NCBI GenBank assembly: GCA_963708575.1
Contig: CAVPTB010000003.1
Location: 44,379-108,378, forward strand
From: an uncultured Acidobacteriaceae bacterium
GTDB lineage: Bacteria; Acidobacteriota; Terriglobia; Terriglobales; Acidobacteriaceae
Reading direction: 5' to 3'
DNA length: 64,000 nucleotides
Shown here: piece after piece, positions 17,374 through 26,960 of the stretch
Layout: each line of letters starts with the position of its first letter
Numbering within the stretch: position 1 is the stretch's first letter
The notes under the pieces: generated by a model
Database searches by the model: none
What the model was told of the DNA's origin: nothing
What the model saw: the letters and a program-made list of their open reading frames with translations, nothing else
Program-made: the position numbers and the translations under genes

Positions 17374-18312
17374 TTAGAGAATCTTTTTTCCGAAAGCCGA
17401 CAAGGTCAGTTCGACGGCTAGATCGGCAGTCTGATTGTGCTCGTCGATGACGGGGTTGACCTCGACGATTTCGAGGCTCAACATGCGGCCGTGGTCGGAA
17501 ATGATCTCCATGGCCAAGTGCGCTTCGCGATAAGTGGCGCCGCCCCAGACTGGGGTACCGACACCGGGGGCGTCTTCGGGATCGATCCAGTCCATGTCGA
17601 GCGAGACGTGATAGCCGGCAGTCCCGCGTCCAGCCATGCGCAGGGCTTCCTCCATGACGGAGCGCATGCCACGCTCGTCAATGTCGCGCATGGTGAAGAC
17701 TTCGACCCCGGCTTTGCGGATGTTTTCCTTTTCGTGGGAATCGACGTCGCGAATACCGACGAGGACACAATTTTCGGCTTCAATCTTGGGCGAGAATCCG
17801 CCGATATTGGCCAACTCTGCAGGACCGAGTCCGACGATCGCGGCCAGAGGCATGCCATGCACGTTGCCGCTGGGAGAAGTTTCCGGTGTGTTGATGTCGC
17901 TGTGCGCGTCAATCCAGATGAGACCGATTTTCTGATCCTTCTTACGGTAGAAGTCGGCAACGCCGGTAACGGTGCCGACGGCGATGGAGTGATCTCCACC
18001 GAGAACGAGTGGCACCTGGCCGGACTCAAGCGTTTTGGCCACCAGTTCCGCCTGCTTGGTGCAGGTGGCAGTAATTTCTTTGAGATATTTTGCGTTGGGG
18101 TCGCCTTCTTTTTTCAGTTCAGCCATGGCGACGGGGACGTTGCCTCCATCTTCGACGATGTGGCCGAGGGCTTCGAGGCGCGCCTCGAGGCCAGCAACAC
18201 GAACGGCGGAGGGCCCCATGTCAACTCCTCGACGAGATTGGCCGAGATCGAGGGGAACACCGATCACACGAATTTTGCGAGGAACAATGTTGGAATGAGA
18301 TCGAGTAGGCAT
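17374..18312 (-). CDS. rocF: Arginase (ureohydrolase family)
   Basis: Mn-binding motifs GGDHSIAVG, DAHSDINT, SLDMDWIDP. Confidence 0.9.
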   Translation of the reverse strand: MPTRSHSNIVPRKIRVIGVPLDLGQSRRGVDMGPSAVRVAGLEARLEALGHIVEDGGNVPVAMAELKKEGDPNAKYLKEITATCTKQAELVAKTLESGQVPLVLGGDHSIAVGTVTGVADFYRKKDQKIGLIWIDAHSDINTPETSPSGNVHGMPLAAIVGLGPAELANIGGFSPKIEAENCVLVGIRDVDSHEKENIRKAGVEVFTMRDIDERGMRSVMEEALRMAGRGTAGYHVSLDMDWIDPEDAPGVGTPVWGGATYREAHLAMEIISDHGRMLSLEIVEVNPVIDEHNQTADLAVELTLSAFGKKIL

Positions 18313-18327
18313 AGGGTTATTTTAGAG

Positions 18328-18364
18328 GGCGTTCACCGCCGAGAGCGCAGAGGTCGCCGAGACA
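18328..18364 (+). repeat. Family-1-related repeat, GC-rich variant (GGCGTTCACCGCCGAGAGCGCAGAGGTCGCCGAG), copy 1
   Basis: Direct repeat of 18440-18470. Reverse complement of 18911-18944 with one mismatch. Confidence 0.8.
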
Positions 18365-18438
18365 ATCATTTATAAAGGCTTTCGCTGAACTTCGTCTCAG
18401 GACTCTTTTCCATTCCTCGTTCTTATCCGCCGTTCCAG

Positions 18439-18475
18439 AGCGTTCACCGCCGAGAGCGCAGAGGTCGCCGCGACA
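18439..18475 (+). repeat. Same repeat, copy 2, 21 nt below the GxxExxY stop
   Basis: gcgttcaccgccgagagcgcagaggtcgccg is identical to copy 1 over 31 nt. Confidence 0.8.
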
Positions 18476-18495
18476 AATAACCCAGAAGGTGCTTC

Positions 18496-18909
18496 TCAGT
18501 TCCGCATCAAGGTCGAGTCGGGGAATTCGTTCACTATTCCTTTCAGACCGTCTTTCAAGATGCGCACGTGAGAGTTGAGTAACAGTCCGACCCGTTTACC
18601 CGACAGCTTAAGGTACGAAAGCAACTGCGCATCGTGAATCGGCGCAAGGTGCTCGATCGCTTTGACCTCCACGATGACCGAATCATCGACCAGCAAATCC
18701 AGCCGATACCCGCAATCCAGTTTCACTTGCTTGTAAGTTATCGGCAATGGCAGTTGTTGTTCCACCTTGAAGCCAAGCTCACGCAATTCATACGCCAGGC
18801 AGACCTCGTATGCTGATTCGAGGAGGCCCGGCCCAAGAGCCTTATGCACCTCGGCTGCCGCGCCAATGATGCCTCGGGTGATCGAGTCGAGCCTGTTCTT
18901 TTCTTCCAT
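18496..18909 (-). CDS. GxxExxY protein (PD-(D/E)XK nuclease-like; family known from 23S rRNA intervening sequences)
   Basis: 137 aa. ...GPGLLESAYEVCLAYEL (GxxExxY), ...DLLVDDSVIVEVKA (D...ExK). Confidence 0.9.
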   Translation of the reverse strand: MEEKNRLDSITRGIIGAAAEVHKALGPGLLESAYEVCLAYELRELGFKVEQQLPLPITYKQVKLDCGYRLDLLVDDSVIVEVKAIEHLAPIHDAQLLSYLKLSGKRVGLLLNSHVRILKDGLKGIVNEFPDSTLMRN

Positions 18910-18910
18910 C

Positions 18911-18944
18911 CTCGGCGCCCTCTGCGCTCTCGGCGGTGAACGCC
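18911..18944 (-). repeat. Same repeat, inverted copy, filling the gap between the asnS stop and the GxxExxY start
   Basis: The reverse complement of ctcggcgccctctgcgctctcggcggtgaacgcc is ggcgttcaccgccgagagcgcagagggcgccgag. Confidence 0.8.
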
Positions 18945-18945
18945 A

Positions 18946-20269
18946 CTACGGATACAGCCGGTTCAGCGTTCTGGGGAACGGAATGGTTTCTCGGACATGC
19001 TCCAAGCCGCAGATCCAGGCCACGGCGCGCTCAATGCCCATGCCGAAACCGGCGTGGGGAACGCCGCCAAATTTTCGCAGGTCGAGATACCAGTTGAAGG
19101 CTTCTTCGGGCAAGCCATGTTCGTGAATGCGCTGGAGGAGCAGGTCGTAGGACGCCATACGCTGCGATCCTCCGATAATTTCTCCGTAGCCTTCGGGGGC
19201 CAGAACATCGACACAGAGCGCAAGGTCCGGGACGTTTCGGATCGGGCTCCATGTAAAACGCTTTGACCTTGGCGGGATAGCGATGCACCATCACCGGCTT
19301 GTCGAATTGCGAGGAGATGTAAGTTTCGTCGGGCGAGCCGAGGTCTCCGCCCCATTCAAAATTGTTTTCGAGCGCACCTTTGGCGTGGGCGTCTTGCAGC
19401 ATCTTGACGGCCTCGTCGTAGGTGATGCGAGGGAACGGGGCCTCGATCTTTTCCAGCTTCGCAACATCGCGGCCGATAGTCTGCAGGTCGGGACGGCGCT
19501 TTTCGAGGCAGCGCTTGACGATGAAGCTGATGAAGTTCTCGGCGAGTTCCATGATGTCGTCGAGTTCGCCGTACGCGACCTCGGGTTCGACCATCCAGAA
19601 TTCGGTGAGGTGACGGCGGGTCTTGGACTTTTCCGCGCGAAACGTGGGTCCGAAAGAATAGACCTTGCCCAGTGCCATAGCGGTTGCTTCGATATAGAGC
19701 TGGCCGGATTGAGTGAGGAAAGCCTGTTCCTCGAAGTAATCGACGGGGAATAGCGTCGTGGTGCCTTCGCAAGCGGCAGGCGTGAGGATCGGCGGATCGG
19801 TGAGGGTGAAGCCGCGTTCGTCGAAGAAGTCGCGAGCGGCTTTGATGATTTCGGCGCGGACACGCAGGATCGCAGCTTGCCGCAGGGAGCGCACCCAGAG
19901 GTGGCGATGCTCCATGAGGAATTCGGTGCCGTGCTCTTTAGGAGTAATTGGGTAAGGCGTCGATTCCGGGACCCGTTGCACAATCTGGACATTCGATACG
20001 TCGAGCTCGAAGCCCCCGGGGGCGCGTTTGTCAGCCCGAACCTTGCCTTCGACTATGACGCTCGATTCCTGGGTGAGGGTCTTGATGGCGTCGAAGACTT
20101 CGGGAGCGACGGCATTCTTGGGAACGACTCCCTGAATCACTCCGGAGCCATCGCGAAATTGGGGGAAGAGCAATTTGCCACTCTCCCGCAGGTTGTACAG
20201 CCAGCCTCGGATAGTAACGGTCTGGCCATCATGTTTACCGATATCAACGATCGTGGTGACAGGAGACAT
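18946..20269 (-). pseudogene. asnS: Asparagine--tRNA ligase, frame-disrupted (or indel error)
   Basis: ORF 19031-20269 carries class II motifs ([21 protein letters not shown]) up to ...KAFYMEPDP. The C-terminus ([29 protein letters not shown]...[15 protein letters not shown]...[10 protein letters not shown]) is in the frame of ORF 18946-19158. The junction is at about 19222-19245. Confidence 0.9.
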
Positions 20270-20282
20270 AAGAATTTATAAT

Positions 20283-20412
20283 TTTGTGATTCGATTGAGT
20301 AATTTGTAATCGGCAATTGAGCAATTGGAAAGCGCGCAGTTCAATTACAAATACAGATCGAAAGTCACAGATCTTCCAATTTACCCAATCCAACAATTAC
20401 GCAATCGCCCAA
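20283..20412. repeat. Family-2 AT-rich palindromic repeat (heptamer-like AATTACn units in inverted arms)
   Basis: cgattgagtaatttgtaatcggcaattgagcaattgg ... tcaattacaaatac ... ccaatttacccaatccaacaattacgcaatcg. Lies between the asnS start and the downstream gene stop. Confidence 0.7.
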
Positions 20413-20415
20413 ATT

Positions 20416-21237
20416 TTAAGCTGCATCCAGCTTGTCGAAGGTTTCTTTCATCTTCTCGACCGGATTTACCTTTTCGTCTTCTTCAATCTCAAGCAGCAAT
20501 GGCGGGGTATGCGGCGAGGAACGCAGCAATTCCATGGATTGCTTCCAGTCGATGGTTCCTGCTCCGGGCCATAAGTGCGAATCGCGATCTTTAGAATTAT
20601 CGTGGACATGCGTCGAGCGAATGTAGTCCTTCAGGGTCTCAAAGGCCTGGGGAATATCGCTCATGATGTGGGCGTGGCCAAGATCGAAGCATACGCCGAC
20701 ATCGTCGAAGTGGGCCGCCCGTATAAATTCGACGAGGCGCTCGGGCGTGCTCATTTCGTTGGGAATGTTCTCCACCAGGACGCGCACCCCGAGAGGCTTG
20801 GCGAAGGCGCGAAGATGTTCGACGGAGGTCATGGCGGCTTCGAACTTGCGTTCATCGAAGGACTCGTCGGGAACGCCGAGATGTTGAATCAGGAAGCGGA
20901 ATGGAATTTGTTCAGCAATTTCAAGAGCGCGCTTGATCTCGTCCATGGCCTCGATGCGGCCGGCGCGATCGGTGGAAGCAACGTTGATGGGTGGCGCGCC
21001 GGCGCGTCCCCACTCGAAGTCAGCGTAGAGCGGAGCGTGCACGGAACTGAGGGGAACCCCGCTGCCGCGAAACCAGTCGGCAAGCTCGCGAACATGCTGC
21101 TTGCGGTTCGCGTAGTCCACGTGTTGGCGGGCAGCAAAAATTTCGATGGCCTGGGCTCCGCCGCGCACCAGTCCATCGAGCAGGCCGGGATGCAGGCGTT
21201 CTTTGACATAAATAAAGGTGGAGATCGCCTTTAACAT
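20416..21237 (-). CDS. Sugar phosphate isomerase/epimerase (xylose isomerase-like TIM barrel)
   Basis: 273 aa with typical AP-endonuclease-2/TIM pattern (...VLVENIPNE..., CFDLGHAHI..., HVHDN). Confidence 0.85.
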   Translation of the reverse strand: MLKAISTFIYVKERLHPGLLDGLVRGGAQAIEIFAARQHVDYANRKQHVRELADWFRGSGVPLSSVHAPLYADFEWGRAGAPPINVASTDRAGRIEAMDEIKRALEIAEQIPFRFLIQHLGVPDESFDERKFEAAMTSVEHLRAFAKPLGVRVLVENIPNEMSTPERLVEFIRAAHFDDVGVCFDLGHAHIMSDIPQAFETLKDYIRSTHVHDNSKDRDSHLWPGAGTIDWKQSMELLRSSPHTPPLLLEIEEDEKVNPVEKMKETFDKLDAA

Positions 21238-21239
21238 TC

Positions 21240-22994
21240 TCAGTACCCTACTGCCTTTCCGTTATTCCTGATATCGCTGGCCCCCAAACGCTCGCCGGTC
21301 TTTTCATCGATGGCGATGCACTCGCCGTCGCTCCAGTAGGCTTCCCAATTTTCTCCTTCACCGTCGCCGAGTTTGACCTGGTATCCCATTCTCTCGAGCA
21401 ATTTCACCGTGTCGGGGGAAAACCGCTGCTCCACGTTCAGCTCATCCGGCAACCACTGCTGGTGAAATCGCAGAGCATTCACCGCCTCCTGGATGTTCAG
21501 GCCGTAATCAATGACTCCTACTAGTATATTGGCAACCGTGGTAATGATCATGGGGCCGCCCGGAGACCCGAGGACCAGAAACAGTTTCCCATCTTTCAGG
21601 ACAAGGGTGGGAGTCATGGCAGAGAGCGGCCGCTTGGCTGGCCCAATCGAGTTGGCGGGACCCTGGATGAGGCCGTAGATATTAGGGACGCCTTGCTTGG
21701 TGGCGAAATCGTCCATCTCGTCGTTTAGCAAGAAGCCCAGACCTTCGGCGGTGACGCGCGAGCCGAAGCCGTCGTTCAAGGTCGTCGTAACGGCGACTGC
21801 ATTTCCGCCGGAATCTACGACGGAGTAGTGCGTGGTGTGTTGCGGCTCCAGCAGCGCGGTTGGCTGGGGATGTTCGGCGGCGTATTGCTCGAGTTCCGTG
21901 AAGATCTCGGGGCGCTTCAGAAGCGTACTGGGCGTGGCGTGCTGCAACTCGATCGATTCGCGCCAGGCTGCGCCATATCTTTTGTCGATCAACTGAGCGA
22001 CGGGAATTTTAGCGAAGTCGGGATCTCCGAGGAATTCGGCGCGATCGAAGAATGCGCGACGAAAGGCTTCGGCAGTGAAATGCACCGAGTCCGCGGAACG
22101 GTCGCCGGTTTTGGTGAGGTCGTAGCCCTCGAGAATATTCAAGATCTCGATGAGCGCGACTCCGCCCGAGGAGGGCGGCGGAGCGCTGATAACTTCGTAT
22201 CCGCGATAGGTGCCGCGGACAGGCTCGCGCTCTTTAACCTCGTAGCCGGCCAGGTCTTCGGTGGTAATCAAGCCTCCGCCTTTGTGCATGGCAGCAGCGA
22301 GCTGGCGGGCCATGGCCCCGTGGTAGAAGTCGTCGGGATCCTTAGAGATTTTCTCCAGAGTGCGCGCCAGGTCAGGCTGACGAAAGATCTCACCCGGCGC
22401 ATAGTACTGACCATTGCGTTGGAAGATACGGCGCGACTCGGGAAATGTGGCGAGATCTTTGTCTTTGAAATCCTTGGCATCGGACCACGCCAGCGGGTAG
22501 CCATTTTTCGCGAGTTGGATGGCAGGGGCCATCACTCGTGCCAATCCGAGTTTCCCATATTTCTTTTCCGCAAAGACCATGCCGGCGACGGAACCGGGCA
22601 CAGCGATGGCTTTGTATCCGACAACGCTGGCGTTGCTGATCACGTTGCCTTGAGCGTCAAGATACATATTCGCAGTGGCGGCTGCGGGCGCCTTTTCGCG
22701 GTAATCGACGAAATGGATTTTGCCGTCGGCCATGCGAATGAGCATGAATCCGCCGCCGCCCAGATTTCCAGCCTGCGGATACACCACGGCCAACGCGAAA
22801 CCGGTGGCGACGGCTGCGTCAATGGCGTTACCGCCGGCTTTCATGACTTCCACGCCAGCCCGTGACGCAAGTTCGTGCACACTCACGACCATGGCGTGTT
22901 GCGCATGAACCGGTTCCACCCCGCCCACGGCAGGCATGGCCATGAGCAGGAAAGCCGTAAACGCCGCGATGATCGAGGTGAAATTCGTTTTCAT
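21240..22994 (-). CDS. ggt: Gamma-glutamyltranspeptidase
   Basis: 584 aa. Signal peptide, GGNAIDAAVA, autoprocessing site ...SAMTPTLV, GSPGG. Confidence 0.95.
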   Translation of the reverse strand: MKTNFTSIIAAFTAFLLMAMPAVGGVEPVHAQHAMVVSVHELASRAGVEVMKAGGNAIDAAVATGFALAVVYPQAGNLGGGGFMLIRMADGKIHFVDYREKAPAAATANMYLDAQGNVISNASVVGYKAIAVPGSVAGMVFAEKKYGKLGLARVMAPAIQLAKNGYPLAWSDAKDFKDKDLATFPESRRIFQRNGQYYAPGEIFRQPDLARTLEKISKDPDDFYHGAMARQLAAAMHKGGGLITTEDLAGYEVKEREPVRGTYRGYEVISAPPPSSGGVALIEILNILEGYDLTKTGDRSADSVHFTAEAFRRAFFDRAEFLGDPDFAKIPVAQLIDKRYGAAWRESIELQHATPSTLLKRPEIFTELEQYAAEHPQPTALLEPQHTTHYSVVDSGGNAVAVTTTLNDGFGSRVTAEGLGFLLNDEMDDFATKQGVPNIYGLIQGPANSIGPAKRPLSAMTPTLVLKDGKLFLVLGSPGGPMIITTVANILVGVIDYGLNIQEAVNALRFHQQWLPDELNVEQRFSPDTVKLLERMGYQVKLGDGEGENWEAYWSDGECIAIDEKTGERLGASDIRNNGKAVGY

Positions 22995-23151
22995 GAAGCA
23001 GTTGATGCGCGGAGAGTGTGAGCAGCGCAGGATCTCCGATGGATGATTTTCTGGTCAGGTTCGGAGCAAGCTCTGAACGGACTTCTGAGGCTAGCGTAGC
23101 AAATGAGGGAGAGTCAAATCAGAGATATCAGAAGATCGCAAATGGCTGGAC

Positions 23152-23523
23152 TTATCGTTTAGGACCCGGCTGCTTTTTGGGCTTCTTTTTCTTTTGTTTT
23201 TTGGCCGGAGATTTCGCTACTACCATTTCATAGGATTGCCGGATCAGGTTCTGTAGTTCCGCCGAGGGGAGCACGTCCAGGCGATCCATCATGACCCACT
23301 TGTAGCGTCCGACGTAGGGTGCGGGGTGGATATCTTCGTACTCGCAGAGTTCGGCAAACGTTTCGGGCGTGCATTTGAAACAGAGGCGCTGCGGGACGGA
23401 GTCGAGACCGAGCATGGTGAAGATCTTCTTATTCACTTTGAAACAAAGGTCATCGCCCCATTGCAGATTTTCGGTTGCTCCGGGAAGAGAAAGACAGTAT
23501 TTGCGAACCCAATCAGTGTTCAT
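23152..23523 (-). CDS. MmcQ/YjbR family DNA-binding protein
   Basis: MNTDWVRKYCLSLPGATENLQWGDDLCFKVNKKIFTML..., plus a lysine-rich tail. Confidence 0.8.
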   Translation of the reverse strand: MNTDWVRKYCLSLPGATENLQWGDDLCFKVNKKIFTMLGLDSVPQRLCFKCTPETFAELCEYEDIHPAPYVGRYKWVMMDRLDVLPSAELQNLIRQSYEMVVAKSPAKKQKKKKPKKQPGPKR

Positions 23524-23582
23524 GGCAGAAACAGGAATCCGATTTACCTCTCAGGGAATCATAGGATCGTAAGGAGATTGAA

Positions 23583-24551
23583 ATGCAAACCAGGCAACTT
23601 GGCAACTCTGATTTGAAAATCACGCCCGTCGGCTACGGTGCGTGGGCCATCGGCGGATCGGGATGGCAGTTCGGCTGGGGATCGCAGGATGATGGCGAGG
23701 CGGTGGCAGCGATTCATCGTTCGCTGGAATTGGGGGTGAACTGGATCGATACGGCGGCGGTCTACGGGCTGGGACATTCAGAAGAGGTGGTGGCGCGTGC
23801 TCTGAAGGAATGGTCCGGGCCCCAGCCTTATGTGTTCACCAAGTGCGTGCTGCGCTGGGACGATAAAGGAAACGTCATCAAAGTTCATAAGCGGGAATCG
23901 ATCCGGCGCGAAATTGAAGAGAGCTTGCGGCGATTGCAGCGGGACGTGATCGATTTGTATCAGATTCACTGGCCACCCGATCCGGATTCTCCGGATTTGG
24001 AAGAGGCGTGGGGGACGATGGCGGATTTGAAACAAGAGGGCAAAGTGCGCTGGATTGGGGTTTCGAATTTCGATGTTGCGCAGATGAAGCGGGCACAGAA
24101 GATTGCGCCGATTACTTCGCTGCAGCCGCCGTATTCGCTGGTTCATCGCGAAGTAGAAGAGGACATTCTGCCTTACTGCCTGCGCGCGGGAATTGGCGTG
24201 ATCGTTTATTCGCCGATGGCTTCCGGGCTTTTGACTGGCGCGATGACTCGCGAGCGTGTAGCGAAACTTCCGAAGGACGATTGGCGGAGCGGGGCCGAGG
24301 ACTTCAAAGAACCGAAACTTTCACGCAATCTTGAGTTGGTGGAACGTTTGCGGGAAATCGCGAAGCGCCATGGGCGCGGAATTGGAGAAGTGGCGATTGC
24401 CTGGACGTTGCGAAATCCGGCGGTAACGGGGGCGATCGTTGGCGCGCGGAACGCTCGTCAGGCGGAAGGCGTGATGAAAGCCGGAGACTTGAAATTGAGC
24501 GACAAAGAAGTGAATGAGATTGAGGAGTTCTTTGAGGAGACGGCAGCGTAG
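23583..24551 (+). CDS. Aldo/keto reductase
   Basis: MQTRQLGNSDLKITPVGYGAWAIGG..., INWIDTAAVYG, GVSNF. AAGGAG SD. Confidence 0.95.
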   Translation: MQTRQLGNSDLKITPVGYGAWAIGGSGWQFGWGSQDDGEAVAAIHRSLELGVNWIDTAAVYGLGHSEEVVARALKEWSGPQPYVFTKCVLRWDDKGNVIKVHKRESIRREIEESLRRLQRDVIDLYQIHWPPDPDSPDLEEAWGTMADLKQEGKVRWIGVSNFDVAQMKRAQKIAPITSLQPPYSLVHREVEEDILPYCLRAGIGVIVYSPMASGLLTGAMTRERVAKLPKDDWRSGAEDFKEPKLSRNLELVERLREIAKRHGRGIGEVAIAWTLRNPAVTGAIVGARNARQAEGVMKAGDLKLSDKEVNEIEEFFEETAA

Positions 24552-24598
24552 CGATGTGAGATACCTCGTTGGCTGACGCAATGCTAGAGAAGATCGAT

Positions 24599-24627
24599 GG
24601 CGCGGCTTTGCAGCCGCGCCTTTTTTT
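24599..24627 (+). terminator. Intrinsic terminator between convergent genes
   Basis: GGCGCGGC-tttgca-GCCGCGCC followed by TTTTTTT. Confidence 0.8.
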
Positions 24628-24637
24628 ACCTCACTTG

Positions 24638-25468
24638 TTATTTACCGACCTCTGCGAGCGGCTTGAGCATGGTGGCCTTACTGTAAGCGACATGAAAACC
24701 AAGACGCTGGGCGTTGCGCTGCGATGTGGTGCCGCCTTGGGTGACGATGACGGCGAACTCGCATCCGGCATCGGCTGCGGCTCTCATTCGGGCTCGGAGT
24801 AGTGCGGTTTGGAATCCCTGGCGGCGAAACTGGGGGAGGGTTCCTGCTCCGAACAGGGCGACGATTTTGTGGTCGGGAATGATGAGACCGGCGCCGCAGG
24901 CTACTGCCGTTCCCTCCACTTCGGCGACGAACAGCAGCACTCCTTCGAATTGAAACATGGGCGTCAGCATAGGAAGGAAATCTTCGGGCGCGCCGCCGTC
25001 GGGGAAGAAGCTCTGACGCAGGATTTTGGAGAAGGCCCCGGCCTCGTCGATGCATCCGGGGCGAAGGTTGGCGGGAAGTTCGACTTGAAGGGTCTCGTCA
25101 TTCCTCTGCAGTGGGCGGAAGAGCACGTTGTTTAGCTCTGCCATCGTGTACCGGCGCTCTTTGAGCATTTCGATTAGGGGCGGGTCGGTGAGCGGGCAAA
25201 CATCGATCTGCGAGGGGGCTCCATGGGCGGAGTAGAAGGTTTCCATCCGGTCGAGGTCTGTAGGGGTCAGCGATCCGTCGAAACCGGCACCCACGGTGCG
25301 TCCGATCATAGAGTTGAGTCCGGCAAAGATCATGTGGCCTCCGCAGAATGGTTCGACGGCGGCGCCGATCCCGGGGCGAAGGGTCTTGTACAAATTTGCG
25401 TACTGCACTTGCGGCATCTCTTCCGCGGCTTCAAAACGGCGCGCGAGTGCCTTGTCCACGAAATTCAT
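24638..25468 (-). CDS. GNAT family N-acetyltransferase
   Basis: C-terminal acetyl-CoA motif LPQFRRQGFQTALLRARMRAAADAGC. Confidence 0.8.
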   Translation of the reverse strand: MNFVDKALARRFEAAEEMPQVQYANLYKTLRPGIGAAVEPFCGGHMIFAGLNSMIGRTVGAGFDGSLTPTDLDRMETFYSAHGAPSQIDVCPLTDPPLIEMLKERRYTMAELNNVLFRPLQRNDETLQVELPANLRPGCIDEAGAFSKILRQSFFPDGGAPEDFLPMLTPMFQFEGVLLFVAEVEGTAVACGAGLIIPDHKIVALFGAGTLPQFRRQGFQTALLRARMRAAADAGCEFAVIVTQGGTTSQRNAQRLGFHVAYSKATMLKPLAEVGK

Positions 25469-25624
25469 TGGGAATCATCCTTTTCTGGTTGAAAGAGTTT
25501 TGTGGGCACACCTCGGGCTTGCCTTCGAGGGTGCGAACCAGAACGCGGGCTAGCGGACGGCAGTCATAGGCAGAGCGCTACGGTATCTTCATTCCGGGGC
25601 AAAGTCAAAAGATTTGAAAAACGG

Positions 25625-25710
25625 GGGCAGAGCTTTTACCACCAAGGACACCAAGGTACACGAAGGGGCAGAAGCTTTTACCACAGGGGGCACGGGGGAT
25701 CACAGAGGTC
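25625..25710 (+). repeat. Family-1 repeat (2 units)
   Basis: gcagagcttttaccaccaaggacaccaaggtacacgaaggggcag / aagcttttaccacagggggcacgggggatcacagagg. Abuts or overlaps the HtrA stop codon. Confidence 0.75.
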
Positions 25711-26848
25711 ACACCTGGTCTCTGGCTTCTCCTAGCGTGACCTGGACTTGCATTTTCTTCTTGGCTCGGTAGATGTCGACTCTCACGGTGTCTCCGGCGC
25801 GGTGCTTGTTCATGATCTGCGCGAGATCCTGCTGGCTTTCGATTTTCTGTTCGTCGATGCCGACGATGAGATCTCCGCCAACCATGATGGGGATGTTGCC
25901 GAGGAAAGCGCGTTCGTTGCCGCCGCGCAGTCCGGCTTTGTCCGCGGCGCCTCCGGGCACGGCTTGGACGATGAGCAGACCATAATCGGCAGCCAGACCC
26001 AACTGGTCCGCGAGATCCGGATCGATGGGAATCGTGCGCACGGAAAGGGCGGGGCGGCGTACCCGGCCAATCGTCAGGAGGTCGTTGATGACAGCTTTGG
26101 CGGTGTTGATGGGTATGGCAAATCCGATGCCGGCGCTCTGGCCGACATTCGACGCGATCATGGTGTTGATGCCGATGACGTCGCCGTGCCAGTTCAGCAG
26201 CGGCCCTCCGGAATTTCCGGGATTGATGGCAGCATCGGTCTGAATGGCTTCATCGATCATCATGCCGTCGGGCTCTTGCACCTGGCGGATCGAGCTAACG
26301 ATGCCGCGAGTCAGCGTTCCAGCGAGGCCGAAGGGATTTCCGATGGCGTAAACTTTCTGCCCTACTTGAAGATTCGTCGAGTCGCCAAGAACCATGGGTT
26401 GCAGGTCGGGAGCCTTGATCTGGATAACTGCGAGATCATGCGATCGGTCGGTACCGACAATATTGGCACGATATTTCTTGCGATTGTGCAGCGTGACTTC
26501 GATCTGCCGGGCCTCGGCGATGACGTGATAGTTGGTGAGAATGTGGCCATCTTTGTCGATGAGAAAGCCGGAGCCTTGACCTTCTTCGGGAACCAGCCCG
26601 TAGAAGAAATCGAAGGTGACTGCCTTCGACGTGATGTTCACGACCGAGCCAATATTCTTTCGGTAGACGCTGATGTTGTTTTGTTCTTCGGCGTCGAGGG
26701 CATCGGTGGTAGCGGCCTGGCTGATTTCGAGCTGCGCCGGATGGCTGACCCAGGTGCCCGGCCAAGTCCGGCCAGCCCGGTAGGTAGTGAAGTAGAAAAA
26801 CGCGCCCGCCAGAACGATGGCAAGAATGATGGGTCGCAGCAGTCTCAT
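25709..26848 (-). CDS. HtrA/DegP-family serine protease with PDZ domain
   Basis: Triad contexts LTNYHVI, DLAVIQI, GNSGGPLLN. C-terminal PDZ. N-terminal TM anchor. Confidence 0.9.
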   Translation of the reverse strand: MRLLRPIILAIVLAGAFFYFTTYRAGRTWPGTWVSHPAQLEISQAATTDALDAEEQNNISVYRKNIGSVVNITSKAVTFDFFYGLVPEEGQGSGFLIDKDGHILTNYHVIAEARQIEVTLHNRKKYRANIVGTDRSHDLAVIQIKAPDLQPMVLGDSTNLQVGQKVYAIGNPFGLAGTLTRGIVSSIRQVQEPDGMMIDEAIQTDAAINPGNSGGPLLNWHGDVIGINTMIASNVGQSAGIGFAIPINTAKAVINDLLTIGRVRRPALSVRTIPIDPDLADQLGLAADYGLLIVQAVPGGAADKAGLRGGNERAFLGNIPIMVGGDLIVGIDEQKIESQQDLAQIMNKHRAGDTVRVDIYRAKKKMQVQVTLGEARDQV

Positions 26849-26960
26849 GATTAAGGAAACCTTCCGCTTATAAAGGGCTACTTAGATTGTAGTGAAATCC
26901 GGGCCGGGTGAAAATCGGCGGGGTTTTCAGTCGGCCGGCGTGGCAGGGGCGCGGAAAACC

